Positions 27,302 through 38,208 of a stretch of DNA of 64,000 nucleotides are shown here, one piece after another. Within the stretch, counting starts at the first letter, position 1. Every line of letters begins with the position of its first letter. The DNA lies in NCBI GenBank assembly GCA_040954595.2, contig CM082593.2, positions 8,689,200-8,753,199 of the forward strand, in the 5' to 3' direction. The notes under the pieces were generated by a model. It did not search any database, was not told where the DNA came from, and saw only the letters and a list, made by a program, of their open reading frames with translations. A program made the position numbers and the translations under genes. Source of the DNA: Balanoglossus misakiensis (lineage: Eukaryota; Animalia; Hemichordata).

Positions 27302-27832
27302 GACTGAACAGTGGGACAGCTATGATGCCTTTGTCTTCAAAATTAAATTCTGGGTCGTCCAGTACCTTCGACATGTACGTCTTGTCAATATTTATTTAAC
27401 CCCAGTTAGGCTAGGCCATAGACATCTGACCCGACGGGGTCATGGTGCAGCAGTAGATGCTACCCTGGGGTGATTCCTAGGAACTTTATAAAACCTCATG
27501 AGCTGCAACTTTTGAAAAATTATATCATGAAATTTACTTTTAAACTGTACTAATATTGGCCCATATAGGTGGATGCAGAATTATACACGTGTATAAACCC
27601 TAAGTATGAGTGCATACGCAAGTCTTAACCAGATAAAATAACAAAACTTTGCTGCAAAGGAATATGGCTGATTCAATGGGAAAATGCAAAATCCAACGAA
27701 AAGTGCATTCCCCAATTTGAAACTTCATAAACAAAGGATGATCTCATCCACTACACACCGTTTACACGGAAGTAAATGTACTACACAATCTGATTAGAAT
27801 CAGATGAAGGGAACGGCGACGGCTTTTACTTA

Positions 27833-28976
27833 GGGACCGTTCAGTTTTTACGGCCGGGGGGGGGGGCGGCAAAATCCAGGGGGGGGGTCACTTAAATTTT
27901 GAAGTCCACAAGGGGGGGGGGGTCATCTGGTTTTTTAAACGTTTAGGGGGGGGTCACATACTTTTGCCACCAAACTTTTGCTTTTGAGTCCACAAAATTG
28001 CAGTTTCGCACCCTTTATTTTTACAAAATTTTCTAATGTGGGAGGGGGACACCACATCCCACGCCCACCCCCTTCATTTTCCGCCACATTTCATTTTTTG
28101 CTGGTTTGTCTAGTGTACCAGGGCAGAGTGCTTGCCACCCCAACCCCACCGATGATAATATTTAACAAAGTGAATACATAAAGGAGAATAATCGTTTCAA
28201 CCATTTTGCATAACTGATAGTTTCGCGCTGCATCTTCTATATACTAGAAGTTTTATAAATGATGTCATGACGAAGATGACGCCAAATCTTCTAACTTTGA
28301 GTGGAATGGCAAAAAGTAAAATTGGTCCTCCCAAACATCGAGATAATTTGCTTTTGAGTTCATTAAAATGCAACTTTGCACTACATATTTTACAAAATTT
28401 TCTTATGTGGGAGGGGGACACCCCCTCCCACCCCCACCCCCTCCATGCATTTATTCGCTGGTTTGTCTAGTGTACCGGGGCAGACTTCTTGCCACCCCAC
28501 CCCGATGCCTACTTTGAGTGGAGTGGCAAAATTAAAATTTGTCCTCCCTAACATTGAGTTAGTTTGCTTTGGAGTTCATTAAAATGCAACTTTGAGCACC
28601 GTATTTTACAAAATTTTCTTATGCCCACCCCCGCCACTTTTCTGGTTTTACCAACTCTGGCAACTATTGTATTGACTTGTCATTTTAATTTGTTCATAGA
28701 TTTCTTTATTGCAACGATATACTATTATATACTTCAATTACTTTAAGAAAGTTATAATTGAGGTGTGAGGAGCCTCATTCCCTTTATTGCATACAGTCTA
28801 CATAGGATCAGGACGGCGAATGTTTTCGGGGGGGGGGGGGTCATCATATTTTTGGGTCTGTCAAAGGGGGGTCATCATTTTTTGGTCCTGGACGAAGGGG
28901 GGGTCGGCCTGATTTTGAAAACTGATGACACAAACTTGCCGGCCCCCCCCCCCTGCCGTAAACACTGAACGGTCCC
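27833..28976. mobile_element. PIF/Harbinger-type non-autonomous element (1144 bp)
   Basis: TIRs gggaccgttcagtttttacggc...g-run / c-run...gccgtaaacactgaacggtccc; 3-bp TSD TTA at 27830-27832 and 28977-28979; no coding capacity. Confidence 0.85.
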
Positions 28977-30985
28977 TTAGGCCCTACGCGGTACGGTTTT
29001 CTTATGCTGTAGCCTCACATCACAGCTGCATAAGAAAACCGAACCTCGTAAGTAAAAGACGCCGCCGTTCCCTACAATTTTTTAATCGATTTGCAGCTCT
29101 TAACAATTACATTTGCCAGTGCTTTAGGCCTATAAACCCGACGCCTACACCAGGCGCCTACACCAACGCACAAAGAGCTGGACGTGGTAAGTTTTTTACG
29201 TGAGTGGTCGATCCGGCGACCGACTATAGCTTATAAATAAGGAGCGAGAGAGAATGTTTTGCTTTGTTTTGCTTTTGCTGCAGAGAGTGGTCGTGGAATA
29301 AAGGCTAGAAACGGAGACTGTCCTGCTATTAGAAGGAATATACGCTTTATACAGAAAACTATATTTGGTGGGGGGGGGGGGGGTTAGTCTATTTTAGTAA
29401 CTTACTATTTTCGTTTGCTAAAAAGCAACAAGGTTACTGAATGAATTACCTGGACTAACATTGCTTTTGCAAAACATTTCTATCACGGATATGCATTTAA
29501 AATAAATCTAGAAATCGCACAAAACAAAGACCGCGGTGTGCAGAAAGCAGGATTTCTGATCATTGCCGTAGTAATTAACTAGGTTTTATTAACAGCGCCA
29601 TCTACGTTGTCATTCAACTTTTACTAGGTTTTAGGCCGAAACTATGTCGCTATTTTTTACCTTTCCATGATACCAGATAGTTGCATCTAAATGTACGAAA
29701 TTACAGTTTTTGTTGTTGTTGAATATATCGAAAAGTTACAATTCATACATCGTGCGTTTCACTTACTCATCATGATGAGATTTGAATCGAATCAGGATAG
29801 ACATAGGCCTAGGCCTATATATAGCAAGATAGATGGATAGACAGACAGACAGACAGACAGAGATAATTATACAGAGAGATAGACAGAGAGATATGGAGAT
29901 AGGCCTTCATATAGACATATACTCTAACAAACGTTCTGTTCCTTTCTCTTTGCTGAAAAATGCCGACTCGGGATCGAGCGATTGTCAGATGTCAGCAGAA
30001 ATTTAAAGCGTAGGCTTTAATCGTTTTTATAAACTAATTAGGCGGAATAGGCGCACATATCAGCACACTGTTATCAGTTAGTTTGTTTGGTATTTTGTTA
30101 GGGGGCGGTATACTTTGTCCCACACTGTCTATATTATTGATAAGAAATGGCTTGAAATAAAACCGTACAAATTGAAATCAGATGAAGGGATCGGATCCGT
30201 GTGTAGGCCTACGTGTGCAATTTTACCCGTTATTCGTCACGCCTTCGCAAAGATATAAAGCTGTCCGTACATGGCCTCTGTATCTCCGGTTCTGCTCTTG
30301 TTGGAATGAAGAGAAAAAGTCAATCCTTTAGGTATCTTATTTCAACTGAATAGAATAGATTTTTATACATATGTATGACGCAAAACTCCCGGAGCCGCAG
30401 AATTATTTCATCGTCCAGGAAGAGTTTGCGTCATAAAAATTGACCGAGAGAGTTTAAAAAAATCCCAGACACAATGTGTATGATCATAGCTTGCATTCTA
30501 GCAAATTTTAGCCCGAAAATTGATTTTGGAAGGTTATTTAAATTGACTGTCACGTGATAGTTGTGTAAACAATGGTCACATTCAGGGTTTAAACGAAAGA
30601 TACACCATTTCCCTTTCACTGTTTCAGGCGTAGGCCTAAATGTATTGTAAGTTTATCAACTTTAGCATATATGCAAATGGTAACCCTCTTTAAAATATTT
30701 TCCCGCTGTACCTACACCTATCCTGTCGTTAGTGTGGTACGCCCTATACCACTTTTATCGGGGAATTCTACTCGCCTTGAAAATTGTCTTATGCCAAGGG
30801 TATGGAATATTTGTGACAGTGATGACGACAAGACAAGGCCTAAAGCTTAGGCTATGTCGCGTTGTCATGGTGGCTGCAGTGCCAGTGTTGATACTTTTCT
30901 GTCATAAAGCTTGCTTTTAAACAATTGTTCGTACCCAATAATACCGGCATTCAATGGATATTCTCCGCTGTTACATACATGTATA

Positions 30986-31098
30986 TATTCAAAGCCTTAT
31001 CACATAGCGAGATTATTACGCCATGAATATTCATAAGACCAGTGTATATAAGTAAGAAGAGAATGCTACTTGTGGCCAATCCCTTGCTTCCAGACTTA
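30986..31098 (+). repeat. Split direct repeat A1
   Basis: tattcaaagccttatcacatagcgag...cccttgcttccagactta, identical to 37135-37247. Confidence 0.95.
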
Positions 31099-31104
31099 GA
31101 AGTG

Positions 31105-32855
31105 ATGATGACTGACGGACGCAGTAATACTCCGGCTACCACAAGCTTGCCTTTATCGGCTACCACGGCCACTTTTACACAGGCTCATGTAGCAGGGCCT
31201 TCAGCTAGTCAAGGCAGCTCTACACGTGTTTCGGTGCAAGTCCCGGAAGGCGCAGCTTCTCAGGCTCAGGTGGTGGCAGGCGATACGCCCGCTCAGCATA
31301 ATAATAGGGATGGCCAAGATCAGCGTTTATCGCAGCAGCAGGTAATTATCAGTTTTTGGCTCATTAGCGGAATGTAAATGTCCTTCGGTCTTTGGCTAGG
31401 TTTTGTACATACATGTTTCATCGGCCATATTTTGGTCGGTTTAGTTCGATTATGTTGTTATATTTATTGGGTGTACTGTTAACACTATTGTGCAATAGTA
31501 GGCGCTCTGGGAGCACCAGGTGGAGTTGCACGAATATGTTATTATGGATGGTGCAATAGTAGGCGCTCTGGGAGCACCAGGTGGAGTTGCACGAATATGT
31601 TATTATGGATGGTGCAATAGTAGGCGCTCTGGGAGCACCAGGTGGAGTTGCACGAATATGTTATTATGGATGGTGCAATAGTAGGCGCTCTGGGAGCACC
31701 AGGTGGAGTTGCACAAATATGTTATTACGGATGGTGCAATAGTAGGCGCTCTGGGAGCACCAGGTGGAGTTGCACGAATATGTTATTATGGATGGTGCAA
31801 TAGTAGGCGCTCTGGGAGCACCAGGTGGAGTTGCACGAATATGTTACTGTGGTGGCACAATAGGTGTTCTGTGAGCACTGGGCGGAGCTGCATGAACATT
31901 GTTCATGTAGTGGAGAGCAATAAAGGAATATGCGGGGAGCATCGTAGAGTGTGTTAAAAAAAAAAGCATTCGACTGAAGTTCCATGCAATGTTTGATATT
32001 CTGTACAACGGTTGGAATGACGGAATGTGTGCAAGGAGTGCGTAATTAGGTAGATTTGCATATGAATGGGTAACAGTTATTTTAGAGCCACGCACACAAT
32101 GGACATTGTTTAAGGCATGCCAGGTGGGGCGTGCATTCAAAAGATACCATATGGTTGTGGAGTGCTCCTGTGAATTTGCATAAGTTCTTTCTATTGTTCT
32201 GTATGCTCATAGTATCATGCATGTTGTTTTGTGGAATACGGTCATGATATTGGGTGTGACTTCGAATGTAGCCGAAATGGTGTCTGGTAGTGGAATTGTC
32301 TTACGCATGGGATATTGTAAAGTAACACTGTTAGATGATATCAGGATGTGACGTTGACTGATATATTTGCCTGAATTGTTTCAGGTTAATGAGAAGTTGA
32401 CACTGCTAATGAAGAAAGTTGACAAAATCGAAGAAACAGCGGGTGTAGCATCTGTAGATGAAGCCTTGCATAAAGTGATGGAATTCGCGCATACCCCAGC
32501 CTTCTCATCAAGACCACAGGTGTTGAGTGCTCTACGTACGTTGGTGGATAGAGCTACTTTGGTGTCGCATCCTAAGCTGCAGAGATTTCGAGCTGTATTG
32601 TCGCAGTTTGAAGCGAATGATTTTGGAGAGGACGCTGGACGCTTGATCATTCTGTTACTGGGTAACAAAGAGGAAGAAGAGATTGCGTCGAAAGTTTCAA
32701 AATTCTTAAAACACAGGCCTTCCAACGATCGTTTTCGTCCGTATGGCCGAGGAAGGAGAAGGCAATCGTATGGGAAAGATTTCCGATGTTTTAGATGTGG
32801 CCAGCCTGGTCATTTTGCCCGCAATTGTCGAATGAAGCCAGATCAGGAAACGTGA
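31105..32855 (+). CDS. Gag-like protein with CCHC zinc knuckle, spliced: 31105-31341 + 32385-32855 (235 aa)
   Basis: ATG at 31105 just after A1; donor CAG|gtaatt at 31341/2 (phase 0); acceptor ttgtttcag|GTT at 32384/5 (phase 0); C-terminal CFRCGQPGHFARNC preceded by RFRPYGRGRRR. Splicing is inferred. Confidence 0.75.
31491..31950. repeat. 61-bp tandem array inside the putative gag intron (6 near-identical + ~2 degenerate copies)
   Basis: tgcaatagtaggcgctctgggagcaccaggtggagttgcacgaatatgttattatggatgg at 31491, 31552, 31613, 31674, 31735 and 31796. Confidence 0.93.
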
Positions 32856-33120
32856 ATTTGTCTTGTAATTCAGTGACTGTAATGACGTTATTTTGGGATA
32901 CATAATGAAATAAATACACCCGTCTTTATTGTATGCTGCATATTTGTTTATTTGTGTTGACGAATGATAAGTACATGTCCCATGTTTGAAGATTTGCATG
33001 TACGTATGCATATATATAATGTGGTTTAGGTTACCTCTCGATGGGAGGGGCCTTAACTAGGCTCTTTGCTTTTGCAACCTGCCATTTGTAGGATCCTGTC
33101 GAGGGGCGCCCCCACATTTC

Positions 33121-35343
33121 ATGACGGTTGATATCACCGTTTTGTTGATGGAATCCTCTTTTGTTTGCTGTTGGTTTCAGCCACCAGTATGGGAAAATGA
33201 CTTTATGGTGGATATGCATGCTGTCCCGAGAACCCAATATTCGTGGAGAACGCTTGGGGGCGCCCCTCGTCAGGGTCCTCACCATACCTCGCCTTCGATA
33301 GCTATGATAGCACGCGGAGTAGAGTTTGCAACTCCTGATGACTTGGTATTTCGGAATACGGAAGATTTCATGGCCGGGCAGATACATGAACATGGTGATT
33401 ATTGGGACATGATTACAGACCATATACATAACAAGAATGACATTATGGACTGGATAAGGAATCGTGTTAGTATTTCACAATATTTTACCCATTTCAAGGG
33501 GGAGTTTAAAGGGCAACAGTATGATCATGATATTCCACCCCCTAGGGTGTTTCAGAATCATCCGAATTGTCGTCAGCATGGTCGGTTTATCGCTCAGACT
33601 ATCGCTGAACGTGTTAAAGCTGGAGCAGTATCAGTTTGGGGGTTGGTTGGTCGCCACCAACCTCCTTATTTGGTTATGCCGATTTCGGTTGAACCGTCTA
33701 AACCGCGTATGTGTATTGACATGCGCTTTCTTAATCTATGGACGGAACCTCGTCCGTTCCACTTAGATAAGCTTTTTGAAGTCACTAGATACTTGGCTGA
33801 AGGCGATTTTCAGTTTAAGTGTGATGATAAGAGTGGGTACGACCACGTTTTAATACGACATACTGATAGAATGTATGTAGGATTTCAATGGGCAGGGGTG
33901 TGGTATGTGAATAATTCATTACCTTTTGGTTGGAAGTTATCGGCATATGTATATCACACTTTGGGATATTGTGTTACTAGTTATGCTAGATTATTGGGAG
34001 TACCTTGCATTCAATATATCGATGATAGGCATGGGGGTGGATTAAAGTTGCCAGCTGATGCAAGTTCTTCTTGGGATAGTTTGCAATGTGCACAGGCTGC
34101 AGCTTATATATTGTGTAAAATCGCTATTGATGCAGGATATTTTCTCTCTTTGGAGAAAAGTGTGTCATATCCTGTGACATCTTTGATAATGTTAGGTTTT
34201 TCAGTCGATTCGGTGAATAGATCCTTTTCTATCCCGGATGATAAAAAAACGAAGTTTTTAAATTTGCTGGAGGATGTTCTGTCACAGAGGGCAGTTCCAC
34301 TTTTGACAATGCAGAAATTAATGGGGAAATGCATTTCATTTACGTTAGCATTACCATGCGCTCGGTTATATGTTCGACAAATGGCCAATGCTTGTGGGAA
34401 AGCTCAGATATCGAGTAGAGCTTTGATACCTATAAGGGGACGCTTGAAATCTGAGATTGTACAGTGGAAATCCATCTTAGATTCGGCGGGGAAATTTATT
34501 TGGCCAACCGAAAGTCATGTAGGGGTAAGGGTATTTTCTGACGCAAGTCAGTACAAATGGGGTGCGGTTATGTACGTAGCTAATAACAAGGTGGTTATAG
34601 GAGATATGTGGGATAGTAAGTGGAAAGATTTTCCCATTATAAAGAAGGAAGCAGAAGCTTTGTGTAGAGCATTGGTTGGTTTTCAAGAGCAAATTCGTAA
34701 TACTCGAGTTGATGCATATATCGATGCACTTCCTATAGTACAGGCATGGAATGGGGGAATTCCGGGAGCAAAAGATGTTGATTTGAATGAAATTTTGAAG
34801 CGTATCTTTGACTTCTGCTTTCAGCATAATGTTCGACTTACCCTTACATATATACCTTCTAAGGCTAATGATGCCGATCTACCTTCTCGATCTACATCAT
34901 TGTCAAATGCTACTTTGACCGCTGTGGTATGGCAATTCCTGGAGGAAAATTTTGGTCCTCATCATATAGATGGCATGGCTGATGTTTCTAATAAGAAGTT
35001 ATCTCGATATGTGTCACAGTTTCCTCAGATAGGATGTGAGGGTGTTAATTTTTTCCAGCATGTTTTCTCAGACAAGGATACCATTTATGTGTATCCACCA
35101 TTTTTCTTAGTGGCTGCGACACTTAAACATGTCATTAGTCAGAGATTACATGCCACAGTGATTGTACCGAGAGGTCGTTTTCTGGCTCCGTATTGGCCCG
35201 TTATTAATCAAGTAGCAGCTGCGGTTATAAAGTTGGGTAGTCGAGGGGAAATAGGTATTATTCAAGCCCCCTCTACTCAGGGTTATATAGATTATGAGTT
35301 GCGGTGTGACCTCTTGGCAGTCAAATTCGATTGGGATGTATAA
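33121..35343 (+). CDS. Pol: reverse transcriptase + RNase H + C-terminal DNA adenine methyltransferase-like domain
   Basis: RT: KPRMCIDMRFLN, DDKSGYDH, LPFGWKLS, YIDD. RNase H: FSDASQYKWG, KEAEAL, YIDA, PSKANDADLPSR. MTase-like: GPHHIDGMA...YVYPPF. The true start may be a splice acceptor at 33180/1. Confidence 0.93.
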   Translation: MTVDITVLLMESSFVCCWFQPPVWENDFMVDMHAVPRTQYSWRTLGGAPRQGPHHTSPSIAMIARGVEFATPDDLVFRNTEDFMAGQIHEHGDYWDMITDHIHNKNDIMDWIRNRVSISQYFTHFKGEFKGQQYDHDIPPPRVFQNHPNCRQHGRFIAQTIAERVKAGAVSVWGLVGRHQPPYLVMPISVEPSKPRMCIDMRFLNLWTEPRPFHLDKLFEVTRYLAEGDFQFKCDDKSGYDHVLIRHTDRMYVGFQWAGVWYVNNSLPFGWKLSAYVYHTLGYCVTSYARLLGVPCIQYIDDRHGGGLKLPADASSSWDSLQCAQAAAYILCKIAIDAGYFLSLEKSVSYPVTSLIMLGFSVDSVNRSFSIPDDKKTKFLNLLEDVLSQRAVPLLTMQKLMGKCISFTLALPCARLYVRQMANACGKAQISSRALIPIRGRLKSEIVQWKSILDSAGKFIWPTESHVGVRVFSDASQYKWGAVMYVANNKVVIGDMWDSKWKDFPIIKKEAEALCRALVGFQEQIRNTRVDAYIDALPIVQAWNGGIPGAKDVDLNEILKRIFDFCFQHNVRLTLTYIPSKANDADLPSRSTSLSNATLTAVVWQFLEENFGPHHIDGMADVSNKKLSRYVSQFPQIGCEGVNFFQHVFSDKDTIYVYPPFFLVAATLKHVISQRLHATVIVPRGRFLAPYWPVINQVAAAVIKLGSRGEIGIIQAPSTQGYIDYELRCDLLAVKFDWDV

Positions 35344-35562
35344 ATCATGTAGTTGTTACTATTTATGGGATATATGATGGGTATACAGTAAATGGTTTTT
35401 CTTCTTTGGTGAATTTGTAGTATTGCAAAAGATCGTTAGGATTTTGATAGAGATATTATAAGTGTATCTTCTATTAATGTCAATATTATCTGGTATGAAA
35501 TAAATAAAATATTGTATGTCTTAGTAGACTGATGAATGGGTGTCTCTTATGATTTCTTCTAG

Positions 35563-36831
35563 ACATGTTGGATTTGTGGTGCTTTGAATGATACAACATC
35601 TCAGTCATGTGGTGTCTGTTCATCAAAAGCGATCCAAGGAACCGGTTTAAATGACTTCAACGGTGTTGACCTTCATCATATCGACCAACGTATCTCGGAT
35701 TTATTAGGGGATCGATCTCCGTATGAGAAACAGAAAGACCGCTTAATACAAGAACTTGAGTTATTCCTTGCAAGACTCCCTGTGCCCAAGCCTGTAAGCC
35801 GAGCTAGCCCGCACGATATTGTTAGGTTTTTAGTCTTTAAGGATAAAGATGCGAAAACGCAAGTCCATCGTTACACATGTGCATACTTAGGTCAGCCTGG
35901 TCGTGCGCCATGCGGTTGTCCTAAACGTCTGAGGATAGGTTCAGCCAAAAACATGATATCTAAGATCTCTTCATATTTTCAAGCACGACAAAAAGAAAAT
36001 CCGAATCAGCGTTTTTGTAACCCCACTGATAGTATAATGGTGCAAAGGTATTTAAAGAAAATCTCTGAGGAGCAGGCACAAGCGAATGTGACAGTCAGAC
36101 AGGCTAAGCCGTTATTTTTGCCGAAGGTCATTTGCGTCTTTGAGCATTTGTTAAAGTTACTCTCTTCATGTTCGTCACCACTCTTAGCATATATATATGC
36201 TAGAGACATGGCCGTGTTTAAGCTTTTATTTTTCTCAGGTGATAGAGCAGGGGATCTGGGTCACATTAAGACACAGGAGGTTCTTCGTTTCCCCGATAAT
36301 TCAGGTTTGCTTTTCAATCATACATTTGGGAAGACTCTTCGTGGATGTAATTCAAATATGTTTGTACTTAAGAGATGTGCGGATACCCGTTTGTGTCCTG
36401 TAAATACTTTAGAGCGATATATTGATTTGTCTTTAAATCTAGGTGTAGATATCATGACTGGGTATTTGTTTAGACCCACTAAACCTAATGGTGATATAGA
36501 GAACAAACCTTTGTCATCGCAGGTTATATATCATCGGCTTAAACTTTATTTACAATCACTTAATATGGATGAAGGTGAGACACCACACAGTCTGAGAAGT
36601 GCGTGTGCTATCACTATGTCGTTAGCGGGTGCTCACGTAGATGAAGTCATGAGTCATGTGGGTTGGAAAACTGAGAAGATGGCTGATTATTATACTAAGC
36701 TGTCAGTTGTTGCCAATATTGGCCGCCAAGGCAATAGAACGGAGGATTTGCTTGCTTCCATGCGACATATTGAAAGGTATAATGCAACTGAGAAACTTGT
36801 TGGATTCACAAGGGCTTTTCAGGCCAAGTAA
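35563..36831 (+). CDS. Tyrosine recombinase (phage-integrase family) with N-terminal C4 zinc finger
   Basis: Catalytic residues: R (SGDRAGDL), HxxR (TPHSLR), H/W (HVGW), Y (MADYY). The frame is open from 35563 (TCWICGALNDTTSQSCGVC) directly after tttcttctag, with no ATG in the N-terminal region. Confidence 0.92.
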   Translation, partial: TCWICGALNDTTSQSCGVCSSKAIQGTGLNDFNGVDLHHIDQRISDLLGDRSPYEKQKDRLIQELELFLARLPVPKPVSRASPHDIVRFLVFKDKDAKTQVHRYTCAYLGQPGRAPCGCPKRLRIGSAKNMISKISSYFQARQKENPNQRFCNPTDSIMVQRYLKKISEEQAQANVTVRQAKPLFLPKVICVFEHLLKLLSSCSSPLLAYIYARDMAVFKLLFFSGDRAGDLGHIKTQEVLRFPDNSGLLFNHTFGKTLRGCNSNMFVLKRCADTRLCPVNTLERYIDLSLNLGVDIMTGYLFRPTKPNGDIENKPLSSQVIYHRLKLYLQSLNMDEGETPHSLRSACAITMSLAGAHVDEVMSHVGWKTEKMADYYTKLSVVANIGRQGNRTEDLLASMRHIERYNATEKLVGFTRAFQAK

Positions 36832-37055
36832 AATGTGGGCGACTTTTCTGTGATCTGTTATATTATACGCAGCTACATGGTAGTTTCAATATAATAAATA
36901 GTATATACTTGTGGCTTGGACACTCCTCTTTCGTCCGTTTCCTTATTGACGCAAACCAGTGGGGGGAGGGGGGATTGAGGTTTGAGGATTGGGGATTTAG
37001 GTGGGGGAATCTTTGAGGAGAGTTTTATAAATAATGAATATCGCGGGCAAATGGA

Positions 37056-37456
37056 CAACATCAGGCTCTTTAACCCATTCCTTATAATAATAGGTATATC
37101 ATTGAGCGGAGTGATTAGGCTTTAAATATTATATTATTCAAAGCCTTATCACATAGCGAGATTATTACGCCATGAATATTCATAAGACCAGTGTATATAA
37201 GTAAGAAGAGAATGCTACTTGTGGCCAATCCCTTGCTTCCAGACTTATAGAAGTTAAGATGTAATTAGGATTGAGTACCCAGGAGGGGGATAAGGTGACT
37301 ATGTAGGAGGAAGTGGGGATCGGGTAAGGTGTTCGCCCACCCGCCCACCCCCTTTTTATCATTTCGCTCATGATTACCAACATCAGGCTCTTTAACCCAT
37401 TCCTTATAATAATAGGTATATCATTGAGCGGAGTGATTAGGCTTTAAATATTATAT
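37056..37456 (+). repeat. 3' terminal B1-A2-spacer-B2 structure of the YR retrotransposon
   Basis: B (caacatcaggctctttaaccc...gctttaaatattatat) at 37056-37134 and 37378-37456; A2 at 37135-37247. Confidence 0.95.
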
Positions 37457-37518
37457 CATGTATAACAGTTGCCATTCAATCGGATGTTAATGTTATTCTC
37501 ATAAAATGAGTCCCTTTC

Positions 37519-37526
37519 TGACGTCA
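37519..37526. promoter_or_regulatory. Palindromic CRE site (TGACGTCA) ~450 bp upstream of the CPE start codon
   Basis: Exact 8-mer; function is inferred only. Confidence 0.35.
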
Positions 37527-37973
37527 GTACTCCCCGCGTCATTGTTCTCTCAGGTAAAGGTAAATAGCCACTTGGAATTGTTTATTAAATGGCAGGTTAG
37601 TTGTGACTTAGAGTACTGTGTAGTTTATTATTCATGGTGAAAACAAACTACTTGTGTAGGTTTATTTTTGCAGAGCATTTATTCTCATTTTATTTATTTA
37701 CCACTTAGAGAAACTTCTGATGTTTAACGATAAAATTTCTTACTTACCTCGTTGATTTATTAGCGGACAACCCCTTCCTAAAATAGTTTGGTCCTGCTAA
37801 ATTGGGCGGCCATCTTTTCTTCTGTATTGATAGTCAAAAAGCTGTGTATCTTGTGTTGCTTTCGGCGTTGACAGGATCAGCTGGGTTGGTCCGCGACAAA
37901 ACCGATTCGTACAGTGGCTATTCTTCTCTTAAAATTCGTCACGTCTTTAATACTGTAATATCGACGACAAAAT

Positions 37974-38208
37974 ATGAAATTTTTAATTTTGTTGACAGTT
38001 TTTCTGCCGATCTTTGCCAAGGACTTCGAATTTCCGGGCGATGACTATGTGTGGCAACATCACGCTCATGAACAGCTGAAGGCGATTTTGGACGACACGG
38101 CGAAAAAATGCCCCGAGATCACACGCGTCTACAGTCCTGGAAAGAGTCTCCAGGGAAGAGAGTTGTGGACCATCGAAATCAGCGATTTGCCAGGAAAACA
38201 CGAAATCG
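37974..38208 (+). CDS. CPE: CPE exon 1
   Basis: Signal peptide...[33 protein letters not shown], donor G|gtaagc. Confidence 0.9.

Larger units (their letters stand above)
30986..37456 (+). mobile_element. Tyrosine-recombinase retrotransposon (DIRS order; PAT/Ngaro-type split direct repeats), apparently intact
   Basis: gag (CCHC), RT/RNase H/MTase-like and YR ORFs in order. A1 30986-31098 = A2 37135-37247 (113 bp); B1 37056-37134 = B2 37378-37456 (79 bp); arrangement A1-ORFs-B1-A2-130 bp-B2. Confidence 0.95.

Noticed and set aside
30374-30435. Inverted repeat tatgacgcaaaactc / gagtttgcgtcata
   Set aside because: Only a 14-bp imperfect stem with no clear TSD or second copy; cannot be assigned.
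31491-31950. CRISPR-like appearance of the 61-bp array (and of the 62- and 91-bp arrays)
   Set aside because: No unique spacers, no cas genes, eukaryotic context.
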